A stretch of 64,000 bases of DNA from Bacteriovoracia bacterium. GTDB lineage: Bacteria; Bdellovibrionota; UBA1018; JBFWNL01. Shown here in pieces: positions 52,130-60,195 of the stretch. The DNA lies in assembly GCA_050251055.1 (NCBI GenBank), contig JBFWNL010000003.1, forward strand, positions 32,001 through 96,000, written 5' to 3'. Below the pieces are notes generated by a model. It was not told the origin of the DNA and searched no databases. It worked only from the letters and a program-made list of their open reading frames with translations. Both the position numbers and the translations under genes were made by a program. The first letter of the stretch is position 1, and each line of letters starts with the position of its first letter.

Positions 52130-53046
52130 CGATTTCCAGCGGCCATCGATGGCCGTGGCGCATTGGCGATCGCCGTGCCCAGAGACGCGAGCATGACGAA
52201 ACCGATGGCCGTCCATTGGCGGACGCTCAGCTGTTCGCCTAAAAGCGCGAGCCCCGCCATCCCGGCCACCGCCGGTTCCAAGCTCATCAAAATCCCGAAG
52301 GTGTGCGCGGGCAAACGTTTGAGCGCGACCATCTCCAGCGAATAGGGGATCGCCCCGGTCATCATCGCCACTAAAAAGGCGAGCGGCAAAACCGAAAAAT
52401 TTAGCAAAGCCCCACCGGCGTGCGCGATTCCGAAAGGCGCCGCCACCCCCGCCGCGATCACCATGCCCAATGTCGTAGCGATCCCAGCCGGCAATACCGC
52501 CGAGGTACGCTTGCCAAACCAGATGTACAGACCCCAACAAACGCCCGCTATCAGCGCGAACGCCACGCCTACCGGATCCAGCGAGTCGAGCGAACCCGAC
52601 GCAGACGTTCCCGGAAAAACCAGCCAAATCCCAGCGGCGGCGAGCAAGGCCCACACGAAATCCAGCGCCCGGCGGGAGGACAGAAATGCTACCGTGAGCG
52701 GGCCCACAAACTCGAGCGCCACCGCGATGCCGAGCGGAATCCGCGCAAGCGCCAGATAGAAGGTCAGATTCATCACGCCCAATGCCGCCCCGTACGCGAG
52801 CAAGGGCTTTAGCTGGGCCGAACTGAGGGGATAGCGCCAAGGACGCCAGAGCCCCAGTAGTACCAAGGCCGAAAAACCTTGGCGCAATAGCGTGGTTCCC
52901 GGTGGCCCCAAAACCGGAAAGAGCCCCTTCGCCAAAGAAGCCCCGGCCTGGATGGACACCATCCCGATCAAGATTACGAAAACCGCGCCCAAATACTGGA
53001 GATTCACCTTTTCCACGGTAACACATCCCCAGAATACGGCCAGCAT
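52126..53046 (-). CDS. EamA/DMT transporter, RhtA-like threonine/homoserine exporter
   Basis: SIQAGASLAKGLF, RIPLGIAVALEFVGPL, IPYSLEM, FGILMSLEPA. Start uncertain. Confidence 0.88.
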   Translation of the reverse strand: MLAVFWGCVTVEKVNLQYLGAVFVILIGMVSIQAGASLAKGLFPVLGPPGTTLLRQGFSALVLLGLWRPWRYPLSSAQLKPLLAYGAALGVMNLTFYLALARIPLGIAVALEFVGPLTVAFLSSRRALDFVWALLAAAGIWLVFPGTSASGSLDSLDPVGVAFALIAGVCWGLYIWFGKRTSAVLPAGIATTLGMVIAAGVAAPFGIAHAGGALLNFSVLPLAFLVAMMTGAIPYSLEMVALKRLPAHTFGILMSLEPAVAGMAGLALLGEQLSVRQWTAIGFVMLASLGTAIANAPRPSMAAGNR

Positions 53047-53111
53047 ACGGAAGCACCTCCCCCGCTCGCCTTGTCCTCGTCGCTCAGCCCCCCACCCGGT
53101 ACCATGGATTT

Positions 53112-54245
53112 ATGGGAAACAAGGGTCAGGCGGGTTTTACGCTTCTCGAAGTACTTTTGGGCACCGTGCTCGTAGCCTTGGTATCGCTCGGAATGGCCGA
53201 TGTACTGGGTTACGCCAACCGCGCCACGCAGGCCGTGCGGGGTTCGGTGGATATGAGTACGCTGGCGGGCCAAGTCGGCTCGCTCCTCCTCAATCCCCAG
53301 CGCTGCGCCAACTCGTTGCGAAGCCTCGATCCCGCCTCGGAAGGCGGCGGCCCGCCCGTCTATCGGCCAGCCTCCATTCAGATCGGCAACGAATACATCG
53401 GAGTCCCGCAATCAGGCCCATCCGTCCTAGCGCTGGTGCAGGCCTCCCCCCAGCTTCCGCTCGCGGGCCTGGGGCAAAATTTGGGCAGCCTAGCCACAGA
53501 AGACCTCCAGCTGATCGTGCGGGGAGCGCCCGTGCCGGCGCCCGGCAATCAGTTCCAGGTTCCGTTAGAACTCGTGCTCAAGACACGACCCACCGGTCGC
53601 GCCAGCGGGGTTTCAGAACTCAGACGTTCGTTCCTATTCACGGCAACCACGCCGGGAGGTAGCGGATCCCAGCTCATCACGCAATGCTCGGCGGGAAGCT
53701 CCGACGGGGGAGGTACGGGCAGCCAGAACCTCCGCATCACGAGTCGTCAGCTGATCAACGGGCAAATCGTCAACCTCTGCATGTGCCGCTGGGAGGTGAC
53801 TTTCCCCCAAGCCTATCCCGTGCCACCTGCGGTGATTACCGCCGCCAGCGGCGTGAACTCCGGCGTTTACCACGTCAGGGACGTGAATGGCGTGCTGGCG
53901 CCGCAGCCGTGGACGGCATCGCAAAGTTACGTTTCGCAGATCACGACGACGGGCTTCACCGCTTACGCCAAAGTTCCCGAAGCCTACCCAGGGGGATGCG
54001 TATTCATTAGCGGTGCCAGCCTGGATCCCGGGCGCGGAGACGTCTGCCCGACTTTAGGTTACACGGCCTTTGGTAACGAGTTTCCGACGAACCACGGGCC
54101 AATCCCGAGCGTGGTGGACGTGCTAAATACTCCGCCCACCAACGTAGCCGGCGGAGCCCCGTTCACTCCTCCGGATTTGCCCGTGCCAGCGGCTCTCGCG
54201 CCCTTGGCAGCCACGGTGCCGAATCCGGCGCTCGCGAATCCGTAA
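53112..54245 (+). CDS. Prepilin-type N-terminal cleavage/methylation domain protein
   Basis: G|FTLLEVL class III signal followed by a hydrophobic helix. Confidence 0.8.
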   Translation: MGNKGQAGFTLLEVLLGTVLVALVSLGMADVLGYANRATQAVRGSVDMSTLAGQVGSLLLNPQRCANSLRSLDPASEGGGPPVYRPASIQIGNEYIGVPQSGPSVLALVQASPQLPLAGLGQNLGSLATEDLQLIVRGAPVPAPGNQFQVPLELVLKTRPTGRASGVSELRRSFLFTATTPGGSGSQLITQCSAGSSDGGGTGSQNLRITSRQLINGQIVNLCMCRWEVTFPQAYPVPPAVITAASGVNSGVYHVRDVNGVLAPQPWTASQSYVSQITTTGFTAYAKVPEAYPGGCVFISGASLDPGRGDVCPTLGYTAFGNEFPTNHGPIPSVVDVLNTPPTNVAGGAPFTPPDLPVPAALAPLAATVPNPALANP

Positions 54246-54248
54246 AAG

Positions 54249-54548
54249 TTAGAGTTTACAATGTACAACGGGGCCTTCGCTCTCTTCCGACGCCGGAACC
54301 CGCAACGTTCGGCTAAACTGAGAAAGACCCCCATGGTACTCCCAGTAAATAATGCGATCATGGGAATAACTCATGCGGATATACTTTTCCGTCACGGATT
54401 GAATCCGCGAAACGGCGATGAGCTTGGGCATCCACTCCGCGCCGGGATTCACCTCTTCGATCTCGCGATTTCCCGAATCGAAGCCATGGATGATTTTATA
54501 GCCTCGGCACTGGATCAGAATAAACTGGGGACTATTCGTAGCTTGCAT
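54249..54548 (-). CDS. Hypothetical protein
   Basis: 99-aa ORF directly downstream of the SDR, with GAGG RBS. Confidence 0.55.
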   Translation of the reverse strand: MQATNSPQFILIQCRGYKIIHGFDSGNREIEEVNPGAEWMPKLIAVSRIQSVTEKYIRMSYSHDRIIYWEYHGGLSQFSRTLRVPASEESEGPVVHCKL

Positions 54549-54555
54549 CTGCGCC

Positions 54556-55164
54556 TCAGTAAGCCTTGAAAACTCGGCCGGTCTGGATACCCAGCACGGA
54601 TTTCCGATATTCTTCGCCTACCCGGCGACTGGAGACCGGCACGATCCCCGGAAAGGCACGCCCCAGCTTCGGCGCCGACGTCTCCAATAAACCCGGACTA
54701 ACGGCGTTGATGCGAATACCCCGAGGCAACTCCAAAGCGGAAGTAAACACGAAACCTTCCAAGGCCCGATTAATTGTCGTTTTCACGATTCCGCCTCGAA
54801 CGGGTTCCTCACTCGTAATTCCCGTGGTGAGCGTGACGGAGCCGCCGTCGCTCAGGTAAGGAATCGCCCGCTGGGTGAGGCGAATCTGCCCCAAGAGCTT
54901 GGCGTCAAAACTCGTCTGCCAATCTGTACGACCGAGTTCCCGAAGTGATCCAGCAGCTACTTCGCCCGCAGTACTCACCACCGCGTCGACCCGTCCATGA
55001 CGACGCAAAACTTCGCCGAAAAACGCTTCGAGGCTCGCTTCGTCCGCGAGGTCCACCCGCAAGTCCCCTGAGTTCCGGCCGGCGGAAATCACTACTTCAC
55101 CGGCAAATGCCTCTACCACCGCCCGCCCTACCGCGCCCGCCGCGCCGATCACCAGGATCTTCAT
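54556..55164 (-). CDS. Short-chain dehydrogenase (short type)
   Basis: MKILVIGAAGAVG, KLLGQI, GGSVTLTTG, RINAVSPG. Confidence 0.88.
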   Translation of the reverse strand: MKILVIGAAGAVGRAVVEAFAGEVVISAGRNSGDLRVDLADEASLEAFFGEVLRRHGRVDAVVSTAGEVAAGSLRELGRTDWQTSFDAKLLGQIRLTQRAIPYLSDGGSVTLTTGITSEEPVRGGIVKTTINRALEGFVFTSALELPRGIRINAVSPGLLETSAPKLGRAFPGIVPVSSRRVGEEYRKSVLGIQTGRVFKAY

Positions 55165-55267
55165 TTACTACCTCTTTCCATTATTGCTGTTTTACTGTTT
55201 CCTATAAATAGACAATACTAGGTATTTTCATAGATTAAACCGCAAATTAGGAACACATTGTCTACAT

Positions 55268-56185
55268 ATGGAAACAATTAGCCGCAACCTCGATGAACTA
55301 CTCGCCTTTCACACCGTAGCTTCCCACGGCAGCTTCACCCAGGCCGCCGACGCACTTGGCACCTCGAAAGCGATGCTCAGCAAGAAAGTAAGGCGCCTAG
55401 AGACTCATCTGCGTGCGCAGCTTTTCCACCGCACCACCCGATCGCTCGCGTTAACCCAACCCGGCCAAGCCCTACTGAACTACAGCCGCAAAATCATGGA
55501 GCTGTCGATCGAAGCCTCGAAACAACTGAACGCCATGAACCAAGGCGACGCCGGCATCCTACGGCTTACGGCTCCCGCCCTCTTCGGACAATACGTCTTC
55601 GACTCACTGTTGCCCGCGCTAGGACAAAAGCTCCCCCGTGTGAAGTTCGAACTCGACCTTTCGAACGAGGAGCGAAATCTCTATGCGGACGATATCGACT
55701 TCGCGATCCGCTTGTCCGATCTCATCCACCCCGAGCTTATTGCGGCGAAGCAGGGGCGGATGCGGGACGCGGTCTGCGCGACTCCGAAGTTCCTGCGGAA
55801 TACAAAACTCGGTGCGGACCCGGAGACTTTATCCAAGCAGGAATGCATCCTCAGTTCGCACCGGGAAACCTGGAACGAATGGCGGTTTCGCACCCCGACT
55901 GGAGTGGAGCGAAGCGTGATCGCCAAAGGCCGCTACGCCACCAACTCCTACGCCTCTATGCGCGCGCTTGCTTTGGCGCACCTCGGGATCTTGCGTATTC
56001 CTTATTACCTAGTGGCACGGGATATCGCTGAAGGAAATCTCGTGGAGCTTTTCCGGGAACACACGATCAGCACTCACGCGGTATACCTGGTGTATCGACA
56101 GACCCAATACCCGTCGAAAAAGCACCAAATCGCGCGCGATGCCCTCAACGAATGGTTCCGGGAACACGACGAGATTTTCGTTTAA
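55268..56185 (+). CDS. LysR family transcriptional regulator
   Basis: GSFTQAADAL..SKKVRRLE..LFHRTTRSL HTH; divergent from the SDR. Confidence 0.93.
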   Translation: METISRNLDELLAFHTVASHGSFTQAADALGTSKAMLSKKVRRLETHLRAQLFHRTTRSLALTQPGQALLNYSRKIMELSIEASKQLNAMNQGDAGILRLTAPALFGQYVFDSLLPALGQKLPRVKFELDLSNEERNLYADDIDFAIRLSDLIHPELIAAKQGRMRDAVCATPKFLRNTKLGADPETLSKQECILSSHRETWNEWRFRTPTGVERSVIAKGRYATNSYASMRALALAHLGILRIPYYLVARDIAEGNLVELFREHTISTHAVYLVYRQTQYPSKKHQIARDALNEWFREHDEIFV

Positions 56186-57234
56186 TCGCGCCCGCCGGCC
56201 GGCTTGAACCGGGAGCCTAAGCTTAAAATGCGGCGGATCGCCCCGTCATCATCCTCGTCGTAAACGTCCCCGATGACCTCTTCCAATATGTCTTCGATGG
56301 TCACGATCCCCATACGCTGGGTTTGCGAGTAAACGATGCTCAGATGGCTGCGCTTCTGCTGCATTTGCCGAAGCGCGCTGATGAGCGAGGCGCTTTTTTG
56401 CACCTTCACGGCGGGTCGAATGATCAAACGCCAATCCGCCTGCCCCGCCCGCCGCAGGGCCATGAACTCCTTCGTGTTAATGATGCCGATTACCTCGTTC
56501 GCCTCCAGCACGGGCAGGCGGGTATGCCCGGAGGACACGACGACAGCCTCTACCTCGGCCAGGTCCTGATCCGTGCGCACGGTAACGACGCTTTCCCACG
56601 AAAGGTACACGTCTTTCACCCGGCGCTTTTCTAAATTCACGAGATTCAGCACGTACTCTTTCGCCGGCTCCGAGAGATCGGCGACCTCGATCGGCTCCGG
56701 TTCGGCGGGCCGGGCCGCGGAGACGCTCTTACGGAAAAAAATCTGAAGAGTCTTTTTGGTCGACCATTCCAAGATGCTTACGACGGATGAAAAAAACCGA
56801 TCCAGGAATGCCAGGTAGGGCGCCGCCTTCAGGGCGATTCCCACGGGGTTACGCAACGCCAACGCCTTCGGTACGAGCTCTCCCATGACAACACTGAAAA
56901 AAGTGAGCGGCACCACTACGACGGCGACGGACAGAAACTCAGCGACGTTCCGACTCACGCCCAGCCTGGATTGAAAGATGGGGCTGATGAACTCCCCCGC
57001 GCCCGCCCCGCCGGTCGCCGCCGCGACCGCCCCGACGAGGGTGATGCCAATTTGAATGACGGAAAGCGTGCGTTCGGGTTTCTCCCGCAGACGCAAAAGC
57101 TGGGTCGCCTTGGGATTGCCCGCCTTCTCGAGTCCGCGCAGGCGCGCTTTCCGCGCCGTGACGAATGCCATTTCAGCCGCGGCTAAAAGCGCGTTCAGCG
57201 CTAAGCAGCCGGAAATCAGCAGGATCTCTTCCAT
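56182..57234 (-). CDS. Hemolysin family CNNM/CBS domain protein
   Basis: AAAEMAFV, IQIGIT, GELVPK, HTRLPV, VTIEDILEEVIG. Confidence 0.9.
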   Translation of the reverse strand: MEEILLISGCLALNALLAAAEMAFVTARKARLRGLEKAGNPKATQLLRLREKPERTLSVIQIGITLVGAVAAATGGAGAGEFISPIFQSRLGVSRNVAEFLSVAVVVVPLTFFSVVMGELVPKALALRNPVGIALKAAPYLAFLDRFFSSVVSILEWSTKKTLQIFFRKSVSAARPAEPEPIEVADLSEPAKEYVLNLVNLEKRRVKDVYLSWESVVTVRTDQDLAEVEAVVVSSGHTRLPVLEANEVIGIINTKEFMALRRAGQADWRLIIRPAVKVQKSASLISALRQMQQKRSHLSIVYSQTQRMGIVTIEDILEEVIGDVYDEDDDGAIRRILSLGSRFKPAGGRD

Positions 57235-57473
57235 TTTGTCCGGGTTGTACCTGGTTTGGCCGCCAAAATAAATGAGTTGCGAATGTAGCGCGACCACTTC
57301 CCCAGATTCACTTTGATGATTACTTAATTTAATATATTTAGATTTTAATATTTTTAAATATATGTTTTTATTGTGTTATTTATAAAATAAAATACATATA
57401 AATTAAAATTAATTTATTTAATTTGACACTAAGAGTCAATTATAGGAAAATCTTCGGTATGGAAGGGGAAATT

Positions 57474-57773
57474 ATGAAAAAAGTAATCTTCAATTTAATC
57501 GTCCTGATCAGTCTGGTTTCGAATTCGCTTGGCGTCGCGGAGTCACTCGCAACAGAAGAACCTACCGGCCTCTATTGTTGCACTTGCCTACTTCTCCAAG
57601 ACCATCCTCGCAAGGAGCCCATTTATTCGAACAACGTGATCGAAGTCGATCCCGGAGAAGACCCTGGAGCCGTGTGCAGTTCGCCACGGCCAGGATTTCT
57701 AAAGTGCTATCTTAGACCGAACCAATTTTGCGCGCCCCAGTTTGAACAGTGGTTTGGTAGCGTCCTGGATTAA
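57474..57773 (+). CDS. Small secreted Cys-rich protein
   Basis: GAAGGGG RBS; signal peptide; six Cys (CCTC..C..C..C); preceded by a very AT-rich tract. Confidence 0.65.
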   Translation: MKKVIFNLIVLISLVSNSLGVAESLATEEPTGLYCCTCLLLQDHPRKEPIYSNNVIEVDPGEDPGAVCSSPRPGFLKCYLRPNQFCAPQFEQWFGSVLD

Positions 57774-57781
57774 GACTCTAC

Positions 57782-57831
57782 CTCTCTCGAAAAGAGCGAT
57801 TTTTTTTGAGGAACCGCTCTTTTCGAGAGAG
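57782..57831. terminator. Long inverted repeat, probable terminator
   Basis: CTCTCTCGAAAAGAGCG / CGCTCTTTTCGAGAGAG, perfect 17-bp stem just after the stop codon. Confidence 0.6.
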
Positions 57832-57900
57832 AAATCAGATCCGAATTAATCACGAAAGATAACACGAGCCAAGCCATCGAATTCATTTTATACTTCGCTC

Positions 57901-58680
57901 ATGGCAAGACTTCCACGCATCGTCCTGGCAATTCTGGTCATTCCTTTTGGCGCCCCCACCGCCGCGCGAGCCGATCAAAACAGCGACTTACGAACCGCGA
58001 CGATCGAAAGCGTCGCCCGCAACCGCAAGGAGTGGGGCGTGGATCTGGAAGTCGGCACAAGCCTTCAACGCGGCAACGTCGACAAAAGCCTGGGCAAATT
58101 CACCACGTCGCTCTTCAAGGCCAACGACCCCTATTCGGTTTATCTCGATGGCGTCTACGCATTCGGAGCCGTGGGCGTCAAACGCTTCGAGAACCGCGCC
58201 ACGGGGACCTTGAGACTCGACTACCGCATGAGCCCCTTCTGGAAAATTTTCGTTTTCACGACGCATGGATTTAACGAATTCCAAAAGCTCGCCTACCGTG
58301 GCTCGATGGGAGCCGGGCCCTGGGTGGATTTCGAAGTGGGCGGCACGAAGCACGGCGTGAGCGCCGCCGTAAGCCACGAGTTCGAGCAGTTTTACGGTTT
58401 CGCCGCGGAAAGAACCGCTCGCGGTTCGCTCCGCTATCTCTTCTTCGTGCCGATCTCCGAAAACGCGGGGGCCGGCTTCGACTTCTTTTACTGTCCCAGC
58501 TTGGGCGACTTCGCTGACCACCACCTCTACTGGGCGCCTTTTTTGGAAGCGAAGGTGATCGATCAGTGGATGACGATGAAGCTTTCGGTATCCATCGAGC
58601 GAGATTCGCGACCCAAACCCGGCGTCTTCGCGAACGACACCCAGACGATGGTGTCGATTGGATTTCATGGCGGAAAGTAA
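57901..58680 (+). CDS. DUF481-like outer-membrane beta-barrel protein
   Basis: Signal peptide; QRGNVD, beta strands, DSRPKPGV..DT C-terminal pattern. Confidence 0.75.
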   Translation: MARLPRIVLAILVIPFGAPTAARADQNSDLRTATIESVARNRKEWGVDLEVGTSLQRGNVDKSLGKFTTSLFKANDPYSVYLDGVYAFGAVGVKRFENRATGTLRLDYRMSPFWKIFVFTTHGFNEFQKLAYRGSMGAGPWVDFEVGGTKHGVSAAVSHEFEQFYGFAAERTARGSLRYLFFVPISENAGAGFDFFYCPSLGDFADHHLYWAPFLEAKVIDQWMTMKLSVSIERDSRPKPGVFANDTQTMVSIGFHGGK

Positions 58681-58698
58681 CTCAGGCTGACGCTCAAA

Positions 58699-59100
58699 AT
58701 GACCAACGACACGCACAGCAAAACGATTGGCTACCTGGTTTGGATCTTCGGGTTTTTCGGCGCCCATCGGTTTTACTACGGCAAGCAAATCACGGGCGCG
58801 ATTTGGTTTTTCACGTTAGGCTTGCTGGGCATTGGCTGGCTCGTCGACTTATTTTTAATCCCGGGCATGGATCGCGAAGCGGACTTCAAGTATCGAGCCG
58901 GTCCCTTGAACTATTCGGTGGCTTGGCTGCTTTTAGTCTATCTGGGCGTCTTCGGCTTCCACCGCTTCTACCTGGGCAAGTGGATGACCGGCCTGCTTTA
59001 TCTGGTGACCCTCGGTTTCTTTGGAATCGGCGTGCTTTTCGATTATTGCACGCTTAACGGCCAGGTGGATGAAATCAACACGTTGAGCGGGGCGAACTGA
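58699..59100 (+). CDS. TM2 (NINE) domain protein, two domains
   Basis: GAHRFYYGK and GFHRFYLGK repeats. Confidence 0.9.
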   Translation: MTNDTHSKTIGYLVWIFGFFGAHRFYYGKQITGAIWFFTLGLLGIGWLVDLFLIPGMDREADFKYRAGPLNYSVAWLLLVYLGVFGFHRFYLGKWMTGLLYLVTLGFFGIGVLFDYCTLNGQVDEINTLSGAN

Positions 59101-59216
59101 AATTCATAAACGAATGCTCTAAATTCGTAGGTAGCTAACGGTTCCTAATTTCTACTGAAACGGTGGGCGCACTCATCCACCAACTATATCCAAAAAAAAC
59201 TGCAGCAACTACACCT

Positions 59217-59562
59217 GGACTCGGCTTCCGCTCTCAGCGCTACTCGCGCTTCGGCTGCAGCTCGGGCTCTTTCGCGGCCCGCAAGCGGGCGCCCCGCTCA
59301 GTCCGCCGTTCGAGTCCCGTCTTAAAGTACGAAACGCCACGCGTTTCACTAATTATAAACCCGCCACTTTTTCAAATCAGCCCGAGAGCTTCCGGGCATC
59401 GTTTCCCTCTCTCGAAATATTTTCCTGAGGGGGATACCACGCGTCAGGATGACGCGCGCGCAGCGGCGTGACAGGGCAGGAGCCCGACCCCCTCAGGAAA
59501 ATATTTCGAGAGAGGGAAACGGTGCAGGGAATATTTTAGTGCTGATTTGAAAAAGTGGCGGG
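59217..59562. repeat. Structured element copy 1 (~346 bp)
   Basis: Direct repeat of 60196-60543; perfect 22-bp (59360-59381/59541-59562) and 34-bp (59400-59433/59488-59521) stems. Confidence 0.92.
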
Positions 59563-59643
59563 CCAAATGGGACGAGTATCGAACTTGGTACTGGTCGCAA
59601 GCTGCCTAGTTTGTGGCCAACAGTTGACCGCAAAACGAGGGGT

Positions 59644-59940
59644 TCACTTAGCAGTATCAATAATGCAAAGTCCGGTAGCAATAGCGACTTTGATTCTTAC
59701 GTTCGGAATATTACGTTCTTCTATCGAAAGCTCAGGTGCAAAGTGGGATGCAAGTTTCCCATTTTTTTCACGGCATTTGTCTTCAAGTTTTCCCTTAACT
59801 GCCACATCCATTGATTCAGGTCTAGGTGCCGACCCAACAGATAGCCAATGAGCAGAAATAGGCTCCAGAAGCTCTTCAGCGTGTAAAACTTTTGCTTGTA
59901 GAGTCATGAACAAAACTATCGCGAATGTAGCTAATTTCAT
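59644..59940 (-). CDS. Small secreted hypothetical protein (cassette cargo)
   Basis: GAGG RBS; MKLATFAIVLFMTLQAKVLHA signal peptide; two Cys; AT-rich codons. Confidence 0.65.
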   Translation of the reverse strand: MKLATFAIVLFMTLQAKVLHAEELLEPISAHWLSVGSAPRPESMDVAVKGKLEDKCREKNGKLASHFAPELSIEERNIPNVRIKVAIATGLCIIDTAK

Positions 59941-60062
59941 TTTTTCCTCGCATGCAAATCCATTTAACACCGTGCGTCAAAAAAGTAAATATCTTTTATA
60001 TGCTATGGGCTAGTTCTCTATTTTTGGGCCGTAAGAGCCAAAACGATTGATTATCCGAACGG

Positions 60063-60088
60063 GTGTCTAACGTCAGGGGCGCAGTCTA
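60063..60088. mobile_element. Solo IS3-family-like terminal inverted repeat remnant
   Basis: Minus strand reads TAGACTGCGCCCCTGACGTTAGACAC, resembling IS2/IS150-type ends; no transposase nearby. Confidence 0.4.
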
Positions 60089-60195
60089 ATCCCAATGCAT
60101 TCCGGTTAGAGCTTGGACACAATCAGCCAAGTTACTAGAGTTTTTCTGGATTCGCTTACCACGAACAGAACAAAACTCCACTTTTACCCAAACTA

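Noticed and set aside
51731-53056. Long alternative-frame ORFs (also 15834-16916, 36686-37783, 43213-44010, 7895-8641)
   Set aside because: They overlap well-supported genes and have Arg/Gly/Ala-rich or antisense-shadow composition expected in GC-rich DNA.
59163-59851. ORFs 59163-59471, 59493-59681, 59555-59851 and 59611-59814
   Set aside because: They run through palindromic repeat DNA or antisense to the cargo gene and show no protein-like features.
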